Shown: piece by piece, positions 1-9,011 of the stretch
How positions within the stretch are numbered: the first letter of the stretch is position 1
How the letters are laid out: each line of letters opens with the position of its first letter
Virus record (IMG/VR): IMGVR_UViG_3300027973_000043
Location: 18,489 to 82,488 of that record
Reading direction: 5' to 3' (one strand)
DNA from: a virus
Length of the DNA stretch: 64,000 nt
Notes under the pieces: generated by a model
Told to the model about the DNA's origin: nothing
The model's input: only the letters and a program-made list of their open reading frames with translations
Databases searched by the model: none
Translations under genes and position numbers: made by a program

Positions 1-1
1 A

Positions 2-52
2 CCCATAGATATTATTAACGGAGGAACACTATTACGCGATATTATAATCTAA
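2..52 (+). CDS. 3' end of a DUF1501-family protein (gene begins before the window)
   Basis: Frame 2 reads PIDIINGGTLLRDIII*, which aligns with RPVDIVRDGKILTDIIA* ending at 1202 and resembles DUF1501 C-termini. Confidence 0.6.
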   Translation, partial: PIDIINGGTLLRDIII

Positions 53-1032
53 CGATCTTTTGTTTCATTCTTTCCAATATGACAATTAATGCATAGAAGT
101 TGACATTTCTTAACTTCCTCGTTTATTTCGTCTATAGTTCTATATGATAATTCTTTTATATTTAATTCAAATTTTTTATCATACAAATGGTCAAACGATA
201 GTGTTGCGGTGTATTTGGAATTCCAGCCACATTCAGAACAAACATTTCCTAATTGTTCTATAAGAATTTCTTTTATTTGCTGTCCTTTTCTTATTTTTCG
301 TTTATTTTTAGCGTTTTGGTGCTCAATCACATGACAATTGTGACATAATAGCACACATTTATCTAATTCATTTAATATTTCATTCATTGAATATTTTAAT
401 AAGTTACTTTGATCTAGAGTAAATTTTTTATCCCTGATATGATGAAAACAATATTTAGATAATTCATCAAAATACGTCTTACATATTTGACAACAACCAC
501 CTTTTAACTGTACAAGTTCTTTTTTTATATTTATTGCGCGTTCTTTATAAACATGTTTTTTCGGTCTTTTACATTCTCGACAACAAAATATTTGTTTACA
601 AGAACCTTTAAAATAATTATCACAACTCTGACATTTTTTAGTGTAAATTTGGGTGTTGTTTTTAGTTCTTACTTCAGAGAGTCTATTATTTCTATGACAT
701 TGTTTAGAACAGAATTTCGATCTTATATGCGACGATACGAAATCCTTTTGACAAGAATCACATTTCTTTGTAAAATTTTTACGTGTTGTACTACATTTAG
801 TGGAGCAAAATAATTTACTTTCATGTGGTTTAGTAAAAAATTCGATTGAACAAGTAGGACATTTTTTTGGTATGTTTCTAATTTTATATTCTCCATTACA
901 TTTATTACTACAGAATTTGTTTACACGATCTTTTCTATAATATAATTTTCCCTTAATAGTACTCGATTGATATAAATCCATTTCTTTGTTACAATTTAGA
1001 CAGTTTGTTTTATAACTATGTAGTTCATCCAT
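49..1032 (-). CDS. HNH homing endonuclease with N-terminal Cys-rich zinc-finger repeats and two HNH modules
   Basis: Repeated CxxC...FCSxxC motifs; FHHIRD...KCVLLCHNCH and FDHLYD...KCQLLCINCH; likely start MDELHS at 1032. Confidence 0.85.
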   Translation of the reverse strand: MDELHSYKTNCLNCNKEMDLYQSSTIKGKLYYRKDRVNKFCSNKCNGEYKIRNIPKKCPTCSIEFFTKPHESKLFCSTKCSTTRKNFTKKCDSCQKDFVSSHIRSKFCSKQCHRNNRLSEVRTKNNTQIYTKKCQSCDNYFKGSCKQIFCCRECKRPKKHVYKERAINIKKELVQLKGGCCQICKTYFDELSKYCFHHIRDKKFTLDQSNLLKYSMNEILNELDKCVLLCHNCHVIEHQNAKNKRKIRKGQQIKEILIEQLGNVCSECGWNSKYTATLSFDHLYDKKFELNIKELSYRTIDEINEEVKKCQLLCINCHIGKNETKDR

Positions 1033-1046
1033 ATAGTTACTTATTT

Positions 1047-1202
1047 GGAAGAACTGCAAAAGTAAAAATATCTCCTGAAAATCTTGCAGCAACCATGTAT
1101 TCTCTTATGGGAATAAATTATGAGAAACGCTTAATGACAAGCGATTTACGTCCAGTTGATATTGTAAGAGATGGAAAAATTTTAACTGATATTATAGCTT
1201 AA
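1047..1202 (+). pseudogene. orphaned 3' fragment of a DUF1501 gene
   Basis: ISPENLAATMYSLMGINYEKRLMTSDLRPVDIVRDGKILTDIIA* resembles a DUF1501 C-terminus (compare ELNATIGYLLGI...RPFTV in 6393..7685); no N-terminal part is attached. Confidence 0.7.
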
Positions 1203-1385
1203 AAAGCGATTGGATCAGTTACTACAATTTCTCCTGTTGATGGACGCATCATAAAATTACCAGAATGTAGATCATATAAATGTGTTTTGTTATTTTTTTT
1301 CTAAAAATTTTCTAAGTCTATAAAAAGTTTTAAAAATTTCAAGATCTCTGTTAACGTTTTGTTCATAAAAATATTTAAAATTCAT
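1199..1385 (-). pseudogene. internally deleted, frameshifted paralog of the adjacent kinase
   Basis: Starts MNFKYFYE; after a frameshift in a poly-A run it reads YDLHSGNFMMRPSTGEIVVTDPIAF*, nearly identical to the C-terminus of 1417..2163. Confidence 0.75.
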
Positions 1386-1416
1386 AAAGTTATTTATATT
1401 ATACAATATAATCCTG

Positions 1417-2163
1417 TTAAGCTACAGGATCAGTTATAACAATTTCTCCTGTTGATGGACGAATCATAAAATTTCCGCTGTGTAGATCAAAAGCACAGTA
1501 TTTGTGGTTCATTTCTAAATACTTAGAAAGTTCATATAGTGCTCTAGCAAGAGGTAGATTATCTTCTATGAAAAACTCTACTCTTCTTAATAAGCGATCA
1601 TGATGGGATATTTTTTGTCTAAAATCTTTTTCAGGCGTATCTTGATTCTTTACAACGTAATATTGTTTCATAGAATTTTCGTCTTTTTTAACTTTGTTCA
1701 TAAAACCATCAACCACTGTTTCCAAAGAGCGATTTCCAATAGTGGTAGAAGATAGATAACCTCCGAAAGATAAAGCTAAATTATTTCTCCAATTTGAAAA
1801 ATTTGCTTTCTTTAATTTTTCAATTGCTACTAAACCTACATTATCTCCCTTTGGAATAATATCTATTGATTTAACTTTAACAATGTGTGGGTTGTTTTGA
1901 TGTCTTTCTAAAAAGCGAAGAAAAGCTAAATAACACTGATCAGTGAACAGTTTCATAACATAGTCTTTTTCTGGATGTTCAAAAACTTTTGCAAAACTAC
2001 CTGATCCTATTTCTTTCCAACCATTTGCTTTTAATCGGTCGTAAACCATGTCAAAATCTTCATTATCGTTTATATCTTCAGATGACGAAGAACTAAAATT
2101 TGCTGTATTGTATTCGTCACTTTCTTTTAAATATCTGTTAATATAAAAATCTTTGAATTTCAT
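1417..2163 (-). CDS. Ser/Thr protein kinase-like protein
   Basis: IGSGSFAKVF glycine loop, VMK lysine, DLHSGN catalytic loop, ITDP; start MKFKDFY at 2163 after TAATAAATA. Confidence 0.8.
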   Translation of the reverse strand: MKFKDFYINRYLKESDEYNTANFSSSSSEDINDNEDFDMVYDRLKANGWKEIGSGSFAKVFEHPEKDYVMKLFTDQCYLAFLRFLERHQNNPHIVKVKSIDIIPKGDNVGLVAIEKLKKANFSNWRNNLALSFGGYLSSTTIGNRSLETVVDGFMNKVKKDENSMKQYYVVKNQDTPEKDFRQKISHHDRLLRRVEFFIEDNLPLARALYELSKYLEMNHKYCAFDLHSGNFMIRPSTGEIVITDPVA

Positions 2164-2215
2164 AATTATATTTATTAGAACTTGACATAATAGCAGTATA
2201 AGAGTAAAGTCACCC

Positions 2216-2839
2216 ATGACTATTAACCAAGTTTGGACTGAAAAGTATCGCCCACAAAACATTGAAGACGTTATTTTAAATGACAAAGAAAAAGAGTATT
2301 TCTCTTCTCTTAAAGAAGTTCCAAATAATCTTCTTCTTGTAGGAAGTCCAGGCATCGGGAAGAGTACAATTGCAAAGATTCTTGCTAAAAAGTTTTCACC
2401 AAATTCTTACATGTATATTAATGCATCTGAACAAGGTAACATTGATACAGTAAGAAACTTGATTAGTGAATTTATATCTGTAATGAGTATTGACGGCAAT
2501 CAAAAAATTGTTATTTTAGATGAATGTTTGGAAGAAAATACTCTAGTTTCAATTCTAAAAGATGGGTCTGAACAAAAAATTCCCATTAAAGATGTTGACC
2601 CTGATAATGATTTGGTGAAGACGTATAATTTCGATTTATCTCGAATTGAATATAGACCGTTTTTTAAGATTGATAAAGGGGTTCAAGAAGTTTATGAAGT
2701 AGAATTTGAAAACGGAGAGTTTATTGTTTGTACAGAAGATCATAAATGGTACGTAGAAGACTCTATGACAGGAGAAATCACAAGAAAAAAATTAAAAGAT
2801 ATTATTTCTAATAATATTTTGGAAATTCTTACAGTTTGA
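2216..2839 (+). CDS. clamp loader subunit (gp44/RFC-like), N-terminal half fused to split intein N-fragment (2525-2836)
   Basis: WTEKYRP, Walker A GSPGIGKS, INAS, Walker B IVILDE followed directly by intein block A CLEENTLV and block B CTEDHKW, then a stop. Confidence 0.92.
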   Translation: MTINQVWTEKYRPQNIEDVILNDKEKEYFSSLKEVPNNLLLVGSPGIGKSTIAKILAKKFSPNSYMYINASEQGNIDTVRNLISEFISVMSIDGNQKIVILDECLEENTLVSILKDGSEQKIPIKDVDPDNDLVKTYNFDLSRIEYRPFFKIDKGVQEVYEVEFENGEFIVCTEDHKWYVEDSMTGEITRKKLKDIISNNILEILTV

Positions 2840-2874
2840 CGGAATATATATACTTGCTCATATAAATAATATAT

Positions 2875-3795
2875 ATGGGCGGAAATACATTACGAAGGCA
2901 AAATTATACTAAAGAAGAAATCGAAAATTTTTATAATTTATATAAAAACAAAAATATAGAATTTTATAACCCTATTACTGGAAAAATATTAAAAAATAAA
3001 ATAGCTTGGAAAGCTAGTCTTTCTGTAAAGATGTTTCCTGATTGTCTTCGTTATTTTTTATATCTAGACCATTCACCAGCATATAGTGAATATTCGGGGG
3101 AAAGATTGACATTTGAAGATTTTAATTTAAAGAGAGGCTTTTGTAGATTTTCTAAAGACGAGATAGATAAGAAAGTATGGACTAAAAACTATATTACTTC
3201 TGAAAAAACAAAATCTCTTTTATCTAAAAGAATTAAAGAGATTATGGATTCTGAACAGGGTATAGAAATAAGGAAAAAAATGACTGTTTCCCATAAAAAA
3301 TTCAATAATTCAGAAAGGGGAAAGCAGATACAAAAAGAAAAAGCTAAAAAACAATCAGATTATCTCAAAAAACAAATATTAGAAGGTAAATTTACACCAA
3401 ACGTTACAAATACATGGACACATTGGAATGCTCAAATTACTATAGATGATAATATTTATAAATTTAGAAGTTCATGGGAAGCGTGCTTTTGGTTCTGTAA
3501 TCAGCAGTTATTATACGAAAACATCAGAATCAGAAACGGAGACCGAGTTTATGTTAATGATTTTTATGATGAAAAAAATAGAATTTTATATGAGATAAAA
3601 CCAGTATCTCAATTTAACAAAGAGATCGAAAAAATAAACACTTTTATAAATTATTGTTTGAGTAATAATATGAAATTTATATGGATAAATGAGAATAATA
3701 TACATAATTTTTTAAATATTAATTTAATAAACAATAACGAATCTGCTAAAGAACAATACAAAAAGGTACAAAAATATGCAAAAATTAAGAATTAA
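2875..3795 (+). CDS. free-standing putative homing endonuclease (PD-(D/E)XK, TnsA-N-like C-terminus) between the split intein halves
   Basis: FRSSWE...VNDFYD...YEIKP motif; basic helical middle region; TATAAATA at 2861-2868. Confidence 0.7.
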   Translation: MGGNTLRRQNYTKEEIENFYNLYKNKNIEFYNPITGKILKNKIAWKASLSVKMFPDCLRYFLYLDHSPAYSEYSGERLTFEDFNLKRGFCRFSKDEIDKKVWTKNYITSEKTKSLLSKRIKEIMDSEQGIEIRKKMTVSHKKFNNSERGKQIQKEKAKKQSDYLKKQILEGKFTPNVTNTWTHWNAQITIDDNIYKFRSSWEACFWFCNQQLLYENIRIRNGDRVYVNDFYDEKNRILYEIKPVSQFNKEIEKINTFINYCLSNNMKFIWINENNIHNFLNINLINNNESAKEQYKKVQKYAKIKN

Positions 3796-4492
3796 GAATA
3801 TCAAAAAACTCGAAACACTATCACATGTATATGATTTGAGTGTAGGCGGAACCCATAATTTTTTCGTCGGACAAACAGGAATTATGACAAGTAATTGTGA
3901 TGGCATGTCGATGACGGCACAGCAAGCTCTTCGTTCAGTTATGGAAGATTATCTTGACTCTGTTAAGTTTATTCTTACAGCAAATTATCGAAACAAACTT
4001 ATTGAAGCATTACGTTCTCGTTGTCAAGAGTTTACTTTTACTTGTTCAGAAAAGCAAGTATTGCAAAGAATCGTAAATATTCTCAAATCTGAGAAAGTTT
4101 TGGTTCAAAAAGAAAATCTTGAGAACATTAGAGGTCTTGTAAAAGATCTTTTCCCTGATATTCGTAAAACAATCAACGAGTTGCAACGATGCTGCATCTC
4201 AGGAACATTCATTTATAGCAAGCAGTTAGGAAATGATTTTGCCAGAGAGATTAAAGAAAATCTGAAAGAGGGTAAAGACGTTTTCCAGATTCGTCAAAAG
4301 ATTGTAGATGAAAGTGACAAGTTCGGAAATGATTATCATAGTCTTATGAAAGACTTGTTCCACTTGTATGTAAGAGAGTGTAATAGTATTGCAAGTATTC
4401 TTATCAGCGAGTATATGTATCGACATTCTTTTGTAATGGACCCAGAAGTTAATTTCTCTGCACTATTATTCAATTTAAAAAGTAAACTCTGA
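3776..4492 (+). CDS. split intein C-fragment (40 aa, 3776-3895) fused to the C-terminal half of the clamp loader subunit
   Basis: VYDLSV..THNFF..IMTSN|CDGMS intein blocks F/G, then AQQALR, FILTAN, LRSRC (SRC motif), PDIRKTINELQ. Confidence 0.92.
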   Translation: MQKLRIKNIKKLETLSHVYDLSVGGTHNFFVGQTGIMTSNCDGMSMTAQQALRSVMEDYLDSVKFILTANYRNKLIEALRSRCQEFTFTCSEKQVLQRIVNILKSEKVLVQKENLENIRGLVKDLFPDIRKTINELQRCCISGTFIYSKQLGNDFAREIKENLKEGKDVFQIRQKIVDESDKFGNDYHSLMKDLFHLYVRECNSIASILISEYMYRHSFVMDPEVNFSALLFNLKSKL

Positions 4493-4497
4493 TTAAA

Positions 4498-6258
4498 ATG
4501 AAAGAAAAGAGTTATTTGGTAAGTATGTTATCAGGTATGCAAAAAATCTTAGTCATTTTAATGTTCTCTCTCTTTTCGGTATCTGCTTTTGCAACAAATG
4601 AATTAGACGGCGTTTTAAGAACTTATTACGTTAAAAATACAGTTAAAGGTAATGCAAAATTAACAGATGAATATACTTGGATTAAACGTGTTTATGTTGA
4701 TCTGGCAGGAAGAATTCCTACATATAATGAAATTGATACGTTTATAAAAGATAAAGATTCTCAGAAAAAAGAAAAGACTGTTGATAAAATATTGTTGTCT
4801 GAGGATTATGTTAATAATTATTATAATTTTTGGGCTGATATTTTTCGTATCAGACCTGAAAGACTTGCTGATGATGTAGCACTCTTAAAGTCATATCCTT
4901 ACATAGATTATGTAAAATCATTTGTAAGAAACGACAAATCCTACAAAGATTTTGTTTATTCTTTACTTTCTGCGGATGGTAAATTCTCTGACAATGGTGC
5001 TGCTGGATATATGCTTCGTGACAATGGTATGCCTCTTGACAATCTTGCTACAAGTTTACAGCTTTTTATAGGCAAAGACTTAGCTTGTGCGCAGTGTCAC
5101 GATGATCCATTTCAAGACTATACTCAAATGCAGTTTTATCAAATGGCATCTTTTTTTAACTCTTTAGATACAAGAGAAAGAAGAAAAGAATATAATGATA
5201 TTATTAAAAAAGTAGATAACGAGATTAAAGAGATTACAAAAAAAGACCGTATAGACAATAATGTTCGTCAATTATTATCAGCAAATCTTTTTAATTTAAA
5301 AGATGATGATAATAAAACATTAAAACTTCCTCATGATTATAGGTATAAAGATGCAAAACCTTTTGACGTTGTTGAACCAAATACACTTGACAGCAAATTT
5401 AAAAGTATAAAAGAAAATAAAAGAGATGTTGCTTCTAAATGGATTGTTGAACACGAAGACTTTACACACTCTATTTCAAATAGAGTGTGGGCGAATATTG
5501 TAGGAAAAGCACTTATAGTTCCTGAAACAAACTTTATTTTATCAGATTATCCAGAAGGTGAAGTGTTAACTTTTCTTGGAGATTATTTCAAACAACATAA
5601 CTACAGCATTAAAAGTCTTCTTCGTCTTATATCAACCAGTGACTTTTATAACAGAGAAGCATATACTGGAAAAGATGAAAGTTATGCTTATCAATCTATA
5701 CTTGTAAAAAGAATGAATGCATACCAGATTTGGGACAGCATTTTAACTCTTGTAGTTCCTGATGTAAATTATAGTCGTTTTTCTTTTTCTGAATATTCTA
5801 ATCTTGTAAAAATTGATTGGAAAGATATTAATGGAAAATATCTTCTTCAAAAAGTTGAAGACCTTCGAAACTATGATCGTCTAATTAATCAAAAATTTTT
5901 AAAATATAAAAATATAGATTTGGTGCGTGCATCATATCTTATGAATCGTAACTCTTTTGTAGGTCAATTTTTAAAAGAATATGGCAGTAGTGATCGTGTT
6001 CTTATTGACTCAAGTAATGACAAAGGTAGTATAACACAAGTTTTAACTATTATGAATTCACCAATCGTTGAACTTTTAATAGATAAAAAAAGTCAAATTT
6101 ATCAAAACTTCTCAAAAGATAAACAAAAGGACAGCTTGTTTTTAAGTATACTAAGTCGTCCTAGTAAAGTTGACGAAAGAGTAATTTTATCAAAAACTCA
6201 AACAGATGATCTTGTATGGGCTTTGATTAACTCAAGAGAATTTTTATTTAGAAAATAA
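4498..6258 (+). CDS. DUF1549/DUF1553 (PSCyt2/PSD1-type) protein with signal peptide and CxxCH motif
   Basis: WIKRVYVDLAGRIPT, CAQCHDDPF, QFYQMASFF, NRVW, DLVWALINSREFLF; hydrophobic N-terminus ending SAFA (likely start MQKIL). Confidence 0.88.
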   Translation: MKEKSYLVSMLSGMQKILVILMFSLFSVSAFATNELDGVLRTYYVKNTVKGNAKLTDEYTWIKRVYVDLAGRIPTYNEIDTFIKDKDSQKKEKTVDKILLSEDYVNNYYNFWADIFRIRPERLADDVALLKSYPYIDYVKSFVRNDKSYKDFVYSLLSADGKFSDNGAAGYMLRDNGMPLDNLATSLQLFIGKDLACAQCHDDPFQDYTQMQFYQMASFFNSLDTRERRKEYNDIIKKVDNEIKEITKKDRIDNNVRQLLSANLFNLKDDDNKTLKLPHDYRYKDAKPFDVVEPNTLDSKFKSIKENKRDVASKWIVEHEDFTHSISNRVWANIVGKALIVPETNFILSDYPEGEVLTFLGDYFKQHNYSIKSLLRLISTSDFYNREAYTGKDESYAYQSILVKRMNAYQIWDSILTLVVPDVNYSRFSFSEYSNLVKIDWKDINGKYLLQKVEDLRNYDRLINQKFLKYKNIDLVRASYLMNRNSFVGQFLKEYGSSDRVLIDSSNDKGSITQVLTIMNSPIVELLIDKKSQIYQNFSKDKQKDSLFLSILSRPSKVDERVILSKTQTDDLVWALINSREFLFRK

Positions 6259-6392
6259 TATGGAAGAAATATTAATACTTCAAGAAGAAGAAAACGCAAG
6301 AAAAGAAAAAAGATTTTACGATTCTATTGTAGCTGCATCAAGTTACATAGAAAATAATAAATCTAAAAATATTGAAGATATAGAACAAAATT

Positions 6393-7685
6393 ATGGAAAA
6401 AAACCTCAACCTCAGTTGCTCTCTTGGTAGAAGAGATTTCATCGAAAAACTCGCATACACAACATTTGGTGTTAGTGTATTAAGTACTCCTTCTTTAGCA
6501 GAAAATGTTTCTTCTGCTTTTTTCGGCAAAGCTAAACACATTATTTACATTTATAACAATGGTGGTATGAGTCATTTAGATTCATTTGATCCTAAAGGTG
6601 AAAATGTAATGGGTGGCGTTAAAAGTGTTCAAACAAGTGGAGACTTTCAAGTTTCTGAATATTTCAAAGAATTAGCAAAGCACGGTGACAAGTTTTCTCT
6701 ATTAAGAGGAATGACATCTAAAACAGGCGCACACTCACAAGGTCAATATCTTATGAGAACTTCTTATAATAAAAACGGTTTAACAATTCACCCTGCAATG
6801 GGTGCAATAAGCTCATATCTATTAGGCAAAAGTCATGATAGCATTCCTGATAATATTCTTATCTCTGGTGATAATGATCATCCAAGAGAAGGTTATCTAG
6901 ATAAAAAATTTACTCCTCTTCCTATTATAAATCCAAACGAAGGACTTCGTTTTAGTAAATTGTCTGTTAGTGAAAGTGGTCTTAACAATAGACTCAGCGT
7001 GTTAAATGCTCTTGACAGAAATTTCCGAGAAGGCTATGGAGTAAAGGATGTTAATTCGTATAATGTTCTTTATGATGAAACTCTTAAACTTTTAAAAAGT
7101 GAAGACTTAGACTCTTTTGATCTTACCAAAGAAACCCCTGAAAATCGTGACCGTTATGGACGTAGCAACTTTGGTCAAGGTTGCCTTCTTGCTAAACGCT
7201 TAATCTCTCGCGGAGTGCGTTACATAGAGATTGGTGACGGTGGCTGGGACATGCACAATGACATTAGCACAGCAATGACTAACAAAGCAGAATACTATGA
7301 TAAAGCATTAGCTTCTCTTTTTAGTGATTTAAGTGAAAGTGGATTATTAAAAGAAACTCTTGTTGTAATTGCAACAGAGTTTGGTAGAACAATAGATTCT
7401 AAAAACGAGAATAATTTACTTGGTTTAAATAAAAATGAAGGTCGTGACCATCATCCAAGTGCTTTTTCATGCCTAATTGGTGGATGTGGTCTTGGTGGTA
7501 AGGTTGTTGGTAAAACCGACGAGAATGGAAGTAAGGTTGTAGAACGTCCAACTGAAATTGGAGAACTTAATGCAACGATTGGGTATCTTCTTGGGATTAA
7601 ACATGATCACGTATGGATGAGTCCAAGTAACCGACCATTCACAGTTGGTAATAAATCTGAACCTATAAAAGAATTAATAGGATAA
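6393..7685 (+). CDS. DUF1501 family protein with Tat-like signal
   Basis: RRDFI, GGMSHLDSFDPK, YGRSNFGQGCLLAKRL, GWDMH, TEFGRT, GRDHHP. Confidence 0.92.
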   Translation: MEKNLNLSCSLGRRDFIEKLAYTTFGVSVLSTPSLAENVSSAFFGKAKHIIYIYNNGGMSHLDSFDPKGENVMGGVKSVQTSGDFQVSEYFKELAKHGDKFSLLRGMTSKTGAHSQGQYLMRTSYNKNGLTIHPAMGAISSYLLGKSHDSIPDNILISGDNDHPREGYLDKKFTPLPIINPNEGLRFSKLSVSESGLNNRLSVLNALDRNFREGYGVKDVNSYNVLYDETLKLLKSEDLDSFDLTKETPENRDRYGRSNFGQGCLLAKRLISRGVRYIEIGDGGWDMHNDISTAMTNKAEYYDKALASLFSDLSESGLLKETLVVIATEFGRTIDSKNENNLLGLNKNEGRDHHPSAFSCLIGGCGLGGKVVGKTDENGSKVVERPTEIGELNATIGYLLGIKHDHVWMSPSNRPFTVGNKSEPIKELIG

Positions 7686-7690
7686 AAAAG

Positions 7691-7718
7691 AAAACCCACT
7701 CAATTGAGTGGGTTTTTT
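7691..7718. terminator. bidirectional rho-independent terminator
   Basis: AAAACCCACTCAATTGAGTGGGTTTTTT between convergent genes. Confidence 0.8.
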
Positions 7719-7719
7719 A

Positions 7720-8211
7720 TTAAATTAATTTTTGTACATCATCATCCCAAACATCACCTTCAACAGATTTTAAGGTTTGGTATTTAGGTGAATAAACATC
7801 TACTGATACTGTTGATATATTATAATTATCTATTATTTTTGTGATTGCTCTTTTTTGTGCATATGTAGGTTTTCTTACATATGATAATACTAAGAGATCA
7901 GTATTAATCCTAGCCCATCTTATTGCTCCAGCTTCGCTCATAAAATGAATCATATATTTACTTGAACCTAAGTTGTTTTCTTCAATTTCTATTTCTTGTA
8001 AAGATGGGTATTCGTCACTATCTGGAAAGTATGCAAAGTTTATTTCTCGATGATCTTGTCCAGAACCTAAGTTTAAAAAACTACCATCTTGGTAAATATA
8101 TCCACGAATATTAGGTTCATCGTCCGAACCGAATATTTCTCTTGCATTATTTTCTGCTAGTCTTCCTTCAATACTTTCTTTTACTAAATCGTATAGTTCT
8201 TTAAAATTCAT
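7720..8211 (-). CDS. hypothetical protein, putative head-internal protein
   Basis: Start MNFKELYDLVKESIEGRLAE. Confidence 0.6.
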   Translation of the reverse strand: MNFKELYDLVKESIEGRLAENNAREIFGSDDEPNIRGYIYQDGSFLNLGSGQDHREINFAYFPDSDEYPSLQEIEIEENNLGSSKYMIHFMSEAGAIRWARINTDLLVLSYVRKPTYAQKRAITKIIDNYNISTVSVDVYSPKYQTLKSVEGDVWDDDVQKLI

Positions 8212-8215
8212 AACT

Positions 8216-9007
8216 TTATTGTACTTGTATTTTCCGAATAATTTCAGGGGTATATTTTTTAACCCATTCAAACCATTTTTCGTCTTCTACGTTTGGATTT
8301 TGTTTTATAGCATTTATCAATTGTTGAGCTACTTGATTTGATAATATTTGTCCAAACGAAAGCTTTTTACCACTAGCATCAGGTTTATCCACACCATGAT
8401 GGTGTGTTCTATCTCCTTGGATTATACCGTTACTATTTAACCAATCTTTAACTATACTCTCAATCTGAGGTTTTAATTGTGCATCGTAATAATAAACTTT
8501 AAGACTATCATTATGTGCTAAAAATACATCTAAAAGTCTATGGGTTTTATAACTTATAGGAACCCCACTATCATTTGATAATTTGGATAATGCAGCATCT
8601 AGTTGTCCAAGTTTACTCCAGAATTTAAGTATATTATTTTTATCTTTTGCGATGCTTATGTAATAATTATAAGTTCTGTCTCCGCTTTTTCTTGGTAAAT
8701 TTTTATTTAAATTTCTTTGACTCCAAACACCATCTGTATCAAAAACTTTTGATGAGAAATAATTTTTCCATTGGTCACTTTGCTCTTGAGTAAAACCTGT
8801 ATTTCTGTGTGCGCCAACAGAACCTCCAACATCTCCTACAATTAGTTTATAAAAAGGATTATCATATTCTGTTAATGTTTTATTGCTTTTTATTTTTTGA
8901 ATAAAGCTCATAATCATAGATTTATGTCTTTCAAAATCAAAATTTTGTGATTCTGATAATACACATAATTTATTTTCGATTATATCGTAAAACTCGTTGA
9001 ACTTCAT
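8216..9007 (-). CDS. hypothetical protein, putative head-internal protein
   Basis: Start MKFNEFY...LSES after TAAATA. Confidence 0.6.
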   Translation of the reverse strand: MKFNEFYDIIENKLCVLSESQNFDFERHKSMIMSFIQKIKSNKTLTEYDNPFYKLIVGDVGGSVGAHRNTGFTQEQSDQWKNYFSSKVFDTDGVWSQRNLNKNLPRKSGDRTYNYYISIAKDKNNILKFWSKLGQLDAALSKLSNDSGVPISYKTHRLLDVFLAHNDSLKVYYYDAQLKPQIESIVKDWLNSNGIIQGDRTHHHGVDKPDASGKKLSFGQILSNQVAQQLINAIKQNPNVEDEKWFEWVKKYTPEIIRKIQVQ

Positions 9008-9011
9008 ATAG

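Noticed and set aside
2164-2355. N-terminal extension of the kinase ORF (MPGLPTRRR...)
   Set aside because: It overlaps the clamp-loader gene on the other strand; the real start is probably 2163
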